Counted from the first letter of the stretch, positions 1 to 17,031 are shown. The stretch: DNA of 64,000 bases from an uncultured Collinsella sp. (GCA_900544725.1 UQWK01000001.1:15066-79065); one strand, 5' to 3'. The notes: generated from the letters alone by a model not told the origin. Made by a program: numbers and translations.

Positions 1-323
1 CAGCAGCGCGAGCCCTGACCGTCGACCCAACCCCCATGCTCAAAGTCTACCGAGCCCGCCGCAAACGCGTGCTCGCGGCCTTAGACGCCATGGGCCTCGA
101 CGTGGTGGAACCGGCAGGTGCCTTCTACGCCTTCCCGAGCATCAAACAATTCGGCCTAACCAGCGAAGACTTCTGCATCAAAGCCATCGAGGAAGCCAAC
201 GTAGCCCTAGTCCCCGGAAACTGCTTCGGCACCGAAGGCCACATCCGCCTCAGCTACTGCGTCTCCGACCAAGATCTGGACGAAGGCCTAAATCGCCTGT
301 CCACCTTCATTTCGACTTTGTAG
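1..323 (+). CDS. PLP-dependent aminotransferase (class I/II), C-terminal fragment; gene begins upstream of window
   Basis: ORF open from window start in frame; C-terminal sequence ...VPGNCFGTEGHIRLSY... typical of aspartate-family aminotransferases. Confidence 0.6.
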   Translation, partial: AARALTVDPTPMLKVYRARRKRVLAALDAMGLDVVEPAGAFYAFPSIKQFGLTSEDFCIKAIEEANVALVPGNCFGTEGHIRLSYCVSDQDLDEGLNRLSTFISTL

Positions 324-420
324 TCCTCAGGGACGCAACACATCAGCCCACCGACCCAAGCATTATGAGTGGGGCGTGCCGGCCAACGGACGCGAGGATT
401 CGCAGCAAAGGCAACGTAGC

Positions 421-546
421 TCCGGCCGGGAGGGGCAGGGCGAGTTTTCCGTAGATTCCGCACGAGCCGAAGGCCACTTAATGTGGCCTTCGTGCGAGCC
501 CAGGACTTGACCGAGCGGAAAACTCGCCCTGCCCCTCCCGGTCGGA
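421..546. repeat. Palindromic repeat element copy R1 (conserved core ttccgcacgagcc...cacttaatgtg; 26-bp perfect outer inverted repeat ccgggaggggcagggcgagttttccg)
   Basis: Core shared with copies at 11397, 13571, 30851, 61196; central stem gaaggccac/gtggccttc covaries relative to other copies. Confidence 0.8.
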
Positions 547-582
547 GCGTATGCAGGGTTTGTGTACGAATCCTCGCGCCCG

Positions 583-611
583 TTGACCGACGCCGGGGTC
601 CCCGCCATAAT
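583..611 (+). promoter_or_regulatory. Candidate sigma70-type promoter for rplJ-rplL (ttgacc -N17- cataat)
   Basis: Near-consensus -35/-10 with 17-nt spacer about 220 nt upstream of rplJ. Confidence 0.45.
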
Positions 612-827
612 ACTTTCGGTTCACGCACGAATCCGCTGCCAGAGACAGCCGGTGCAAACGGGCATTGCCCGCGAGCTTAATGGGATATCCCGCCAGCCGA
701 GGTGGTCGAGTAGATATGTCTTCTCGCCCCCGTCGCTCATGCAGCGCGGGGGCTTTCTTTTTGGACATGCCCCCGTCACGTCCTTGTGGCGGACCGTGCC
801 CGGAAAGAATTCGAGGAGGTGTAATTC
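612..827 (+). promoter_or_regulatory. Putative rplJ (L10) leader, candidate autoregulatory 5-prime UTR
   Basis: Long GC-rich structured untranslated region directly upstream of rplJ; L10 leaders are a known cis-regulatory RNA class; not verified by covariance model. Confidence 0.35.
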
Positions 828-1349
828 ATGCCCCAGCAGTACAAAATCGACAAGGTTGCAGAGATCGAGTCCCGTATCGCCGAGAACGCCGGTCTGTTCG
901 TCGTCAACTACAACGGTCTGACGGTTAAGCAGGCTCAGGAGCTGCGTCATCAGCTTCGCGAGTGCGGCGCCGAGATGAAGGTCTACAAGAACAACCTGGT
1001 CAAGATCGCTCTCAAGAACCAGGAGCAGCCCGAGCTCGACGAGATCCTCGCCGGCCCCGTCGCTTATGTGTTCTACGAGTCCGAGCCGGTCGAGGCCGCT
1101 AAGGCCCTTAAGGACTTCTCCGCTAAGTCCAAGGGCGTCCTTGAGATCAAGGGCGGTATCTCCGACGGCAAGGCCGTTTCCGCTGATGATGTTAAGGCTA
1201 TCGCCGAGCTGCCCACCAAGGATCAGCTTCTCGGCCAGATCGCCGGTCTCATCTCCGGTTTCGCTCGCGACATCGCTGTCTGCGTCAACGGCGTTTCCTC
1301 TGGTCTCGCTCGTTCGATCCAGCAGGTCTCCGAGCAGAAGGCAGCCTAG
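828..1349 (+). CDS. rplJ: 50S ribosomal protein L10
   Basis: 173-aa ORF, RBS gaggagg; sequence and position before rplL. Confidence 0.95.
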   Translation: MPQQYKIDKVAEIESRIAENAGLFVVNYNGLTVKQAQELRHQLRECGAEMKVYKNNLVKIALKNQEQPELDEILAGPVAYVFYESEPVEAAKALKDFSAKSKGVLEIKGGISDGKAVSADDVKAIAELPTKDQLLGQIAGLISGFARDIAVCVNGVSSGLARSIQQVSEQKAA

Positions 1350-1451
1350 TCGCTGTTTTCACCCGCGGCGGCAACGCCGCACCCCTGGCGCATTCGCGCC
1401 GTGTTTTAACTGATCTCCGTGCATCCGCACGGAAACCGAAAGGACTTAGAA

Positions 1452-1829
1452 ATGGCTAAGCTTACCACCGATGAGATCATCGATGCTCTTAAGGAAATGA
1501 CCCTTCTCGAGGCTTCCGAGCTCGTCAAGGCTATCGAGGACACCTTCGGCGTTTCCGCCGCTGCTCCTGCCGCTGTTGTCGCCGCTCCTGCTGCTGGCGC
1601 TGCTGAGGCCGAGGAGAAGACCGAGTTTGACGTCGTGCTCGAGGGCTTCGGCGACAACAAGATCCAGGTCATCAAGGCCGTCCGTGAGCTCACCAACCTT
1701 GGCCTGAAGGAGGCCAAGGAGGTCGTCGAGGGCGCTCCCAAGGCTGTTCTCGAGGGTGCCAAGAAGGAGGACGCCGAGGCTGCCAAGGAGAAGCTCGAGG
1801 CTGCTGGCGCTGCTGTCACCCTCAAGTAA
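1452..1829 (+). CDS. rplL: 50S ribosomal protein L7/L12
   Basis: [16 protein letters not shown]... with Ala-rich hinge and conserved C-terminal domain; ATG at 1452 preferred over upstream in-frame ATG 1419 (RBS aaaggac). Confidence 0.95.
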   Translation: MAKLTTDEIIDALKEMTLLEASELVKAIEDTFGVSAAAPAAVVAAPAAGAAEAEEKTEFDVVLEGFGDNKIQVIKAVRELTNLGLKEAKEVVEGAPKAVLEGAKKEDAEAAKEKLEAAGAAVTLK

Positions 1830-1855
1830 TCAGGCTCTCTCGCCAGATTTCTTTG

Positions 1856-1893
1856 CAGACGGGGCTCGCATTGCGAGCCCCGTCTTTTTTGTT
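1856..1893 (+). terminator. Rho-independent terminator after rplL
   Basis: gacggggctcgc-attg-cgagccccgtc followed by ttttttgtttt. Confidence 0.85.
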
Positions 1894-2143
1894 TTGGCCC
1901 CTCTATTTTGCTGGCTCGGTATGCAAATTGCTGTCGTTTGCGGTGCTTTGGGGCCGCTACCGTTGGGCGATAAAATTGCACCATTCGCGCAATAATTTGC
2001 GTTGACCTGCTGAAGAATTGCGTTTGCCTTACGGCGACGTATGCCTCCGGCGGTAAGATACTTCGGTATCGCAATTTGGTCTGCGGCCGCCGTGCCGCAC
2101 GCACAGGGCGCATTCTGCGCCTGCGAAAGGATCCTTGAACAAC

Positions 2144-3052
2144 ATGAAGGCAATCATCCCCGCCGCCGGTCTTGGCACGCGTTTTCTGCCTGGCACTAAG
2201 TGCACGCCCAAAGAGATGCTGCCGGTGCTCGACAAGCCGGTCATCCAGTACGTCGTTGAGGAGGCGCTCGACCCCGATGAGGTCGACGATGCTATTATCG
2301 TCACCTCTCCTGGCAAGCCCGAGTTGCTGAGCTACTTCCAGCCCGATCGCTCGCTCGAGAACCTGCTTCGCGAGCGTGGCAAGGACGCCTACGCCGACGC
2401 CGTCGCCCATGCTGGTGGTATGCCGGTCGACTTCCGTTATCAGTACGAGCCCAAGGGCCTTGGCCACGCCATTCGCTCTGCCGCCGACGCTGTGGCAGGG
2501 GAGAACTTCCTGGTTCTTCTGGGCGATTACGTTGTGCCCAACCGTGACATCTGCGACAAGATGCTTGCCGTCTCCAAGGAGCACGGTGGCGCTTCTGTTA
2601 TCGCCGTTGCTGCTTGCTCGCCCGAGGAAGTCAGCCGCTACGGCGTTATCGCCGGCGAGCGAGTCGGTTCGCTCGAGGGCGCCGAGGGCGTTGCCGATGC
2701 CGAGCCGGGCGCTGTCTGGCGCATCGGCGGTCTGGTCGAGAAGCCCGCTCCCGAGGCGGCTCCGTCCAACCTGTACATCGTCGGTCGTTACCTGCTGAGC
2801 CCGCTGGTCATGGACCTGCTGGCCGATCAGCAGGCCGGCAAGGGCGGCGAGATCCAGCTCACCGACGCCATGGCCCGCTCGCTCGACCGCGAGGCCATGT
2901 ACGCTGTCGTCATCGACCCGCTCTCGGGCTACGACACCGGCACCCCGTCTGGCTGGATGGCCACCAACGCCCTCATGGCCGCAAGCGATCCTCGCTTTGC
3001 CAGCGCCTTCTGGGACGCCATCGACGAGCGCGGCGGTTTGATGCGCAAGTAA
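2144..3052 (+). CDS. galU: UTP--glucose-1-phosphate uridylyltransferase
   Basis: MKAIIPAAGLGTRFLP... nucleotidyltransferase N-terminus, VEKP motif; ~300 aa. Confidence 0.9.
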   Translation: MKAIIPAAGLGTRFLPGTKCTPKEMLPVLDKPVIQYVVEEALDPDEVDDAIIVTSPGKPELLSYFQPDRSLENLLRERGKDAYADAVAHAGGMPVDFRYQYEPKGLGHAIRSAADAVAGENFLVLLGDYVVPNRDICDKMLAVSKEHGGASVIAVAACSPEEVSRYGVIAGERVGSLEGAEGVADAEPGAVWRIGGLVEKPAPEAAPSNLYIVGRYLLSPLVMDLLADQQAGKGGEIQLTDAMARSLDREAMYAVVIDPLSGYDTGTPSGWMATNALMAASDPRFASAFWDAIDERGGLMRK

Positions 3053-3071
3053 GCCTTCGGGCATCGACATT

Positions 3072-3112
3072 TACGGGCGCGGACCTCGGTTCGCGCCCGT
3101 TTTTTTATAGAG
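3072..3112 (+). terminator. Rho-independent terminator after galU
   Basis: gggcgcgga-cctcggt-tcgcgccc followed by gtttttttat. Confidence 0.8.
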
Positions 3113-3339
3113 CTGCGATTGCCGGCTCTCTGTTCACAGAAAATATATGAACAGATGTTCGATACATACCTATCTACCTGTACCTTTTCTGTCGAAAAAC
3201 TTTGCTACTCCAAAAACTCAATTGCGTCAAGGCTTTTCTTGCCCAACGGTCGGTACCTGATAAACTATTAGGTTGCGATAACTGGCGAAGCCATGCCTCG
3301 CCAACCCACCGAGCATTTCCGTGAAGGAGGAAAAACCTG

Positions 3340-11316
<7,977 letters not shown>

Positions 11317-11344
11317 TTTCCTAGTACGTTAACCGTCCTTCCAA

Positions 11345-11381
11345 AGACCCGTTTCCCAACAGGGAAGCGGGTCTTTTTTTG
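11345..11381 (+). terminator. Rho-independent terminator after rpoC
   Basis: agacccgtttccc-aacag-ggaagcgggtct followed by ttttttt. Confidence 0.85.
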
Positions 11382-11396
11382 TGAGGAACGTTGCCC

Positions 11397-11576
11397 TGAC
11401 GAGCACGTCGGATTCCCGGAACGGGCGGCGCGGGGGTTAAGTTTGTCGCGAGTTCCGCACGAGCCGGAGAGCACTTAATGTGCTCTCCGTGTGAGTCAGG
11501 ACTGTAGAGCAGCAAACTTAACCCCCGCGCCGCCCGTTCCGGGAATCCGCTCCCGCGCACAGAAGGGGATTCCTTT
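11397..11576. repeat. Palindromic repeat element copy R2 (36-bp perfect outer inverted repeat; core gtcgcgagttccgcacgagccggagagcacttaatgtgctctccgtgtgagtcaggactgtagagcag)
   Basis: About 85% identical to R3 (13571-13751) over its whole length, with compensatory changes in the arms. Confidence 0.85.
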
Positions 11577-11578
11577 TG

Positions 11579-11603
11579 CCAAAAAGGGACAGGTTTATTT
11601 TGG
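11579..11603. repeat. 25-nt hairpin ccaaaa-agggacaggttta-ttttgg (GGGACAG-loop family); exact inverted partner at 13530-13554
   Basis: Perfect reverse complement found at 13530-13554; the two copies bracket the ECF sigma/anti-sigma cassette. Confidence 0.85.
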
Positions 11604-11701
11604 TCGGTTTTTCATGCTTGAATTTGAAACATTTCGCCCGACAAGAGCGTATCTATGGTGAGGGCCTCATCAAGAATCATTACCGTCACCGGGAGGTGAT
11701 T

Positions 11702-12220
11702 ATGGAAGAACAAGCTTTTAGACAGGCGGTCGAAGACCACCGGGATGTCGTGTTTCGGATCGCATTGACGTATCTGCGTGATCGCGCTGACGCCGACGAT
11801 GTCGCTCAAGACGTCTTTCTTAAGTTGCTCAAAAGCGACGCGCAATTTGAAAACTGGGAGCATCTTCGTCGATGGCTTATCCGGGTCACGATCAATGAAT
11901 GTAAATCTCTCTTTCGAAAGCCGTGGAGGCGCGTGGAGGATATTGAGAATCTGGCCGATTCGCTTTCGACGGCGCAGGAGGAGACCAAGGCGGTCCTGTC
12001 AGACGTTATGCGACTTCCGGAACGATTCCGTGTTCCCATCGTGCTCTATTACTATCTAGGCTTTTCGACCTCAGAGATTGCCGAGTTGTTGCATGTACCA
12101 GCCGCGACCGTTCGAACGCGTTTGGCTCGTGGCAGATCGAAGCTCAAGTTCATCCTAGAGGAGGGCGACCGTGAAATCCAATCAAATCAAGCAGGCCTTC
12201 GAGTCCGTCCAAGCCGATAG
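11702..12220 (+). CDS. ECF-family RNA polymerase sigma-70 factor
   Basis: Sigma-70 region 2 (DVAQDVFLKL...W..RV) and region 4 (SEIAELLHVPAATVRTRLARGRSKLK); RBS gggaggtga; lower GC than flanks. Confidence 0.85.
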   Translation: MEEQAFRQAVEDHRDVVFRIALTYLRDRADADDVAQDVFLKLLKSDAQFENWEHLRRWLIRVTINECKSLFRKPWRRVEDIENLADSLSTAQEETKAVLSDVMRLPERFRVPIVLYYYLGFSTSEIAELLHVPAATVRTRLARGRSKLKFILEEGDREIQSNQAGLRVRPSR

Positions 12221-13247
12221 CGATCTTGCTGACCGTGTTCTTTATGCCGCTGCTGGTGAGCCGCTTCGTCGAAAGGGTCACGCGAAGCCTCTGTATGTTG
12301 CCGTAGTTGGATGTCTTGTCGGAGTGTTGGCGACCGGAGGGGTCGCCTACGCCGTTGTCAAATCCGCCTATTTTGCCTCAGCCTGGGGAAACCACGGCAA
12401 CGGGGATTCCATCACCTGGACCAACGGCGGCTCATCGGGGACTAAATACACCTACACCAGAGAGTTTGGTGATGGCATCGCGCCCCAAAGCTTGGAGGGT
12501 TCAGTACAGAAGGTCAATCTGTCCGTCGAGGGCAACGGCTATACACTCGACATTCATGATATGGCTATCGATAAAAACGGTTGCGGTGCCGTGACGTTTA
12601 CGTTGTCCAATCCAAATGGTGTTAACTACTACAAGCCGGCAGCAGAGACTGGCGAACTTGTTCTCTATGGTGAAGAAGAACAAGGCATCGGCACGCCCAG
12701 CATGAACTTCGGCGAGGAATGGGCTGATACACGCTGCACAATTGATAAAGACACATCAAGCGACACGGTCATTAACGGCACGATGTACTTTGCCTCGTGG
12801 GATCGCGAGCGAGATTTGGGACATGCGGTCACCTGGAATATCTGCTGGACTGAGGGCGAAGGCGAGGACGCGAAGCTGTTCGAGGCATCGACGCCCGAGT
12901 TTAGCGTTGGAGCGTACGTCGATACAAAGGAACTCCGCTCCGATGACTCGCCTCTCGAGATCAGCCCGTTTTCCATCCAGACGCACATCGACGATCTGGG
13001 CATTGACGCAGTCACGAAAAAGTTGACCGTTACCTACAAGGATGGATCGGAGCAGATTATCGAAGATGACGACGCAGGGGCGTTCAACTTATATTTTTCT
13101 TATACGCGCAATAGCGGAGAGAACATCTGGGTGCCAACGAAGTTGATTGATGTCGACCAAGTGGTCTCAGTAACGCTTGAGGGCACGAGATACACATCAA
13201 CAGGAGAGACCGAAACAGAAGTACCCTTTACCATCGTCTATTCGTAA
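12171..13247 (+). CDS. Putative anti-sigma factor / membrane-anchored protein with large extracytoplasmic domain
   Basis: Immediately downstream of, and overlapping, the ECF sigma gene; single TM helix LYVAVVGCLVGVLATGGVAYAVV after a short N-terminal domain; GTG start uncertain. Confidence 0.6.
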   Translation: MKSNQIKQAFESVQADSDLADRVLYAAAGEPLRRKGHAKPLYVAVVGCLVGVLATGGVAYAVVKSAYFASAWGNHGNGDSITWTNGGSSGTKYTYTREFGDGIAPQSLEGSVQKVNLSVEGNGYTLDIHDMAIDKNGCGAVTFTLSNPNGVNYYKPAAETGELVLYGEEEQGIGTPSMNFGEEWADTRCTIDKDTSSDTVINGTMYFASWDRERDLGHAVTWNICWTEGEGEDAKLFEASTPEFSVGAYVDTKELRSDDSPLEISPFSIQTHIDDLGIDAVTKKLTVTYKDGSEQIIEDDDAGAFNLYFSYTRNSGENIWVPTKLIDVDQVVSVTLEGTRYTSTGETETEVPFTIVYS

Positions 13248-13252
13248 GGTCT

Positions 13253-13288
13253 AGGCCGCTTCCCAAGAGGGGAAGCGGCCTATTTTGC
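13253..13288 (+). terminator. Rho-independent terminator after anti-sigma gene
   Basis: aggccgcttccc-aaga-ggggaagcggcct followed by attttg. Confidence 0.75.
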
Positions 13289-13529
13289 GTTATATGGACG
13301 GTTATTTTGAGCGATATTCGCCTGAATTTCGGAAGTATGCGGCAAAATCTCGATGGGTCGACCACACCGCATATGCTCAAGCGCTCTGCCTGCGGGTTTA
13401 TTATCGCAAAACCCCGGCGTGCTCGGCAGGTCCAGAATTTGCCGCATACTTCCGAAAACACCGCCAATCTACATGTGTTAGTGAGGTCGGATCGCCGCTG
13501 GAGCGTGGCATTTCCCCAGGTAAAACCTA

Positions 13530-13554
13530 CCAAAATAAACCTGTCCCTTTTTGG
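13530..13554. repeat. 25-nt hairpin ccaaaataaacctgtccctttttgg, inverted partner of 11579-11603
   Basis: Exact reverse complement of 11579-11603. Confidence 0.85.
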
Positions 13555-13570
13555 CAGGTAGCGTTGTTCC

Positions 13571-13751
13571 GACGAGCACGTCGGATTCCCGGCCCGGGCG
13601 GCCCGCTGTTTAAGTTTGTCGCGAGTTCCGCACGCAAAGGAAAGCACTTAATGTGCTTTCCGTCTTGCGCAGGACTGTAGAGCAGCAAACTTAAACAGCG
13701 GGCCGCCCGGGCCGGGAATCCGCCCCCGCGCACAGAAGGGGATTCCTTTTG
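13571..13751. repeat. Palindromic repeat element copy R3 (core with gaaagcac/gtgctttc central stem)
   Basis: Same orientation and extended similarity to R2, including flanks gacgagcacgtcgg... and ...cgcgcacagaaggggattccttttg. Confidence 0.85.
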
Positions 13752-13780
13752 TGTAGGCTTTGCGGAAATATGCTCATTTT

Positions 13781-13834
13781 GGGATACGCCCGGCGGCGTG
13801 GTCTGTTGACGGCACAGCTAACGGCACGTATCCT
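13781..13834 (+). promoter_or_regulatory. rpsL upstream region: motif gggatacgcccggcggcgtgg followed by candidate promoter ttgacg -N17- tatcct
   Basis: GGAYACGCCCG motif shared with regions upstream of rplC and rplB; good -35/-10 spacing. Confidence 0.45.
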
Positions 13835-13927
13835 ATCGAACTGCGTGTTTCGTAGGGGGATGCTGACCCCTCGATTCAAGCCGTTGCACTTTACAGAAAG
13901 CTGGAATCATTCGAGAAGGAGTACGCT

Positions 13928-14305
13928 TTGCCTACTATTAACCAGCTGGTTCGCCAGGGCCGTCGTTCCGTGCCCAAGAAGTCCAAGAACGCTGCTCTGC
14001 AGCACAACTCCCAGAAGCGCGGCGTGTGCACCCGCGTCTTCACCACGAGCCCCAAGAAGCCGAACTCGGCTCTTCGTAAGGTTGCCCGTGTTCGCCTTGT
14101 CAACGGCATCGAAGTTACTGCTTACATCCCGGGTGAGGGCCACAACCTGCAGGAGCACTCCATCGTGCTCGTCCGCGGCGGTCGTGTCCGTGACCTCCCT
14201 GGTGTCCGTTATCACGTCATCCGTGGCGCCTACGACGCTGCTCCGGTCCAGAACCGTATGCAGGCCCGTTCCAAGTACGGTGCTAAGCGCCCCAAGGCTA
14301 AATAA
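13928..14305 (+). CDS. rpsL: 30S ribosomal protein S12
   Basis: TTG start with RBS gaaggag; [12 protein letters not shown]... conserved. Confidence 0.95.
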   Translation: MPTINQLVRQGRRSVPKKSKNAALQHNSQKRGVCTRVFTTSPKKPNSALRKVARVRLVNGIEVTAYIPGEGHNLQEHSIVLVRGGRVRDLPGVRYHVIRGAYDAAPVQNRMQARSKYGAKRPKAK

Positions 14306-14378
14306 GCCAGATAACGTTTTGATACTTTCGCCGTGTGCCGCCTAAGCGCCGCACGGTAGACACTTAAGGAGATTTCAC

Positions 14379-14852
14379 ATGCCGCGTCGTGCAGCAGCTA
14401 ATCGTCGTGAGGTTCAGCCTGACGCCGTTTACAACAACCGCCTGGTGACTCAGCTCATCAACAAGGTCCTTCTTGACGGCAAGAAGGCCACCGCTGAGCG
14501 CATCGTTTACACCGCTTTCGAGATCGTTGCCGAGAAGTCCGAGGGTGGCGACGCTCTCGCTACCTTCAAGAAGGCTATGGACAACGTCAAGCCCACGCTC
14601 GAGGTTAAGCCCAAGCGTGTCGGTGGCGCTACCTATCAGGTCCCGATGGAGGTCAACTCCCGTCGTTCCACCGCTCTGGGTATCCGCTGGATCGTCAACT
14701 TCTCCCGCGCTCGCAAGGAGAAGACCATGGCCGAGCGTCTCGCCAACGAGATTCTCGACGCCTCCAACGGCCTGGGCGCTTCCGTCAAGAAGCGTGAGGA
14801 CGTCTTCAAGATGGCCGAGGCCAACCGCGCGTTCTCTCACTATCGTTGGTAA
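14379..14852 (+). CDS. rpsG: 30S ribosomal protein S7
   Basis: 157-aa ORF, conserved S7 sequence. Confidence 0.95.
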   Translation: MPRRAAANRREVQPDAVYNNRLVTQLINKVLLDGKKATAERIVYTAFEIVAEKSEGGDALATFKKAMDNVKPTLEVKPKRVGGATYQVPMEVNSRRSTALGIRWIVNFSRARKEKTMAERLANEILDASNGLGASVKKREDVFKMAEANRAFSHYRW

Positions 14853-14871
14853 GTTAAGGTAAGGAACTAAC

Positions 14872-16971
14872 ATGGCTAAGCCTAAGTACAAGCTTTCCGA
14901 TACCCGTAACATCGGCATCATGGCCCACATCGATGCCGGTAAGACCACCACGACCGAGCGTATTCTTTACTACACCGGTAAAACCCACAAGATCGGTGAG
15001 GTCCATGAGGGCGCTGCCACCATGGACTGGATGGTTCAGGAGCAGGAGCGCGGCGTAACCATTACCTCCGCTGCTACCACGTGCTTCTGGAACAAGGACG
15101 GTAAGGACTACCGCATCCAGATCATCGACACCCCGGGCCACGTTGACTTTACCGCCGAGGTCGAGCGCTGCCTGCGCGTCCTCGATGGCGCTGTCGCCGT
15201 CTTCGACGCCGTTGCCGGCGTTCAGCCCCAGTCTGAGACCGTTTGGCGTCAGGCTTCTACCTTCAACGTCCCCCGCATCGCCTTCATCAACAAGTATGAC
15301 CGCGTGGGTGCTGACTTCTTCAACGCTATCGAGACCATGAAGGATCGTCTCGACGCCAACGCCGTGGCCGCTCAGGTCCCGATGGGCGCCGAGGACAACT
15401 TCTGGGGCGTCATCGACCTGGTCACCATGACTGCTTGGGACTTCAAGGCCGACGACAAGGGCATGACCTACCCCGAGCCGATGGACGAGATCCCGGCTGA
15501 GTTCGCCGACATCGCTGCCACCAAGCGCGAGGAGCTCCTCGACGCTGCTGCCAGCTTTGACGACGAGCTCATGGAGAAGATCCTCATGGAGGAGGACTTC
15601 ACCGTCGAGGAGCTCAAGGCTGCTCTGCGCAAGGGCGTTCTGGCCAACGAGCTCAACCTCGTCTTCGTGGGCTCCGCCTACAAGAACAAGGGCGTCCAGG
15701 AGCTGCTCGACGCTGTCGTCGACTACCTGCCCAGCCCGCTCGACGTCGAGGCCGTCACCGGTACCGATCCGGACACCGGCGAGGAGATCGAGCGTCATCC
15801 TTCCTTCGACGAGCCCTTCTCCGGCCTGGTCTTCAAGATCATGACCGACCCGTTCGTCGGTAAGCTCACCTACGTCCGCGTTTACTCCGGCCGCGCCGAG
15901 TCCGGCTCCTACGTTGTCAACGCTTCCAACGGTCAGCGCGAGCGCCTCGGCCGCATCCTCGAGATGAACGCCGCCGAGCGTATCGACCGTGACGACGCTG
16001 CCGCCGGCGACATCGTCGCTTGCGTCGGCTTCAAGAACTCCACCACCGGTGACACCCTGTGCGCCGAGGGCAAGGAGATCGTCCTTGAGAAGATCGAGTT
16101 CGCTAAGCCCGTTATCGACGTTGCCATCGAGCCCAAGACCAAGGCCGAGCAGGACAAGATGTCCCTGGCTCTGACCAAGCTCGCCGAGGAGGACCCGACC
16201 TTCCAGGTGTCCACCAACCACGAGACCGGCCAGACCATCATCGCCGGCATGGGCGAGCTGCACCTCGAGATCATCGTCGACCGTCTGCTCCGTGAGTTCA
16301 AGGTTGACGCTAACGTTGGTAAGCCCCAGGTTGCATACCGCGAGACCGCTGGTCACGACGTCGAGAAGGCTGAGGGCAAGTTCGTCCGTCAGTCCGGTGG
16401 TCGCGGTCAGTACGGCCACGCCGTCATCAAGCTCGAGAAGATGGAGGAGGGCTTCGGCTACGAGTTCGTCAACGCTATCGTCGGCGGCGTCGTGCCCAAG
16501 GAGTACATCCCGTCCATCGACAAGGGCATCCAGGAGGCCCTGAACACCGGTGTTATCGCCGGCTTCCCGGTCCTCGACGTCAAGGTCACCCTGTTCGACG
16601 GTTCTTACCACGAGGTCGACTCCTCCGAGGCCGCCTTCAAGATCGCCGGTTCCATGGCTATCAAGGACGCCCTCAAGAAGTCCGATCCGCAGCTGCTCGA
16701 GCCGATCATGGCTGTCGAGGTCGAGACCCCCGAGCAGTACATGGGCGACGTTATGGGCAACCTCTCCGGTCGCCGCGGCAAGATCGAGGGCATGGAGGAT
16801 CGCAAGAACAGCAAGCTCATCCGTGCCAAAGTGCCGCTGGGCGAGATGTTCGGTTACGCTACCGACCTTCGCTCCCAGACCCAGGGCCGTGCATCCTACA
16901 CGATGCAGTTCGACTCTTATGAGCCCGCGCCCAAGTCCATCGTGGACGAGGTCATGAGCAAGAACGCCTAA
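14872..16971 (+). CDS. fusA: Elongation factor G
   Basis: 699 aa; G-domain motifs [18 protein letters not shown]. Confidence 0.97.
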   Translation: MAKPKYKLSDTRNIGIMAHIDAGKTTTTERILYYTGKTHKIGEVHEGAATMDWMVQEQERGVTITSAATTCFWNKDGKDYRIQIIDTPGHVDFTAEVERCLRVLDGAVAVFDAVAGVQPQSETVWRQASTFNVPRIAFINKYDRVGADFFNAIETMKDRLDANAVAAQVPMGAEDNFWGVIDLVTMTAWDFKADDKGMTYPEPMDEIPAEFADIAATKREELLDAAASFDDELMEKILMEEDFTVEELKAALRKGVLANELNLVFVGSAYKNKGVQELLDAVVDYLPSPLDVEAVTGTDPDTGEEIERHPSFDEPFSGLVFKIMTDPFVGKLTYVRVYSGRAESGSYVVNASNGQRERLGRILEMNAAERIDRDDAAAGDIVACVGFKNSTTGDTLCAEGKEIVLEKIEFAKPVIDVAIEPKTKAEQDKMSLALTKLAEEDPTFQVSTNHETGQTIIAGMGELHLEIIVDRLLREFKVDANVGKPQVAYRETAGHDVEKAEGKFVRQSGGRGQYGHAVIKLEKMEEGFGYEFVNAIVGGVVPKEYIPSIDKGIQEALNTGVIAGFPVLDVKVTLFDGSYHEVDSSEAAFKIAGSMAIKDALKKSDPQLLEPIMAVEVETPEQYMGDVMGNLSGRRGKIEGMEDRKNSKLIRAKVPLGEMFGYATDLRSQTQGRASYTMQFDSYEPAPKSIVDEVMSKNA

Positions 16972-17031
16972 GTTCGAGCTCCCTGTTACGTAATCCGCGA
17001 GAACATCTCTCGCACTCTTTGGAGGTTTAAG

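Noticed and set aside
11321-11560. Small ORFs inside the palindromic elements sharing the peptide GEHIKCSPARAELAT (also 13527-13733, 61190-61408, 11154-11474, 13228-13647)
   Set aside because: The shared peptide is a by-product of the repeated DNA core. The compensatory stem substitutions change the peptide (GKHIKCFPLRAELAT in R3), so conservation is at the nucleotide and structure level, not the protein level.
12307-12594. 95-aa ORF overlapping the anti-sigma gene in another frame
   Set aside because: Fully nested in the better-supported 358-aa ORF; no independent signals.
14306-14378. Possible terminator hairpin ccgtgtgccgc...gcgccgcacgg between rpsL and rpsG
   Set aside because: Imperfect stem and no T-tract. 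rpsL and rpsG are expected to be co-transcribed.
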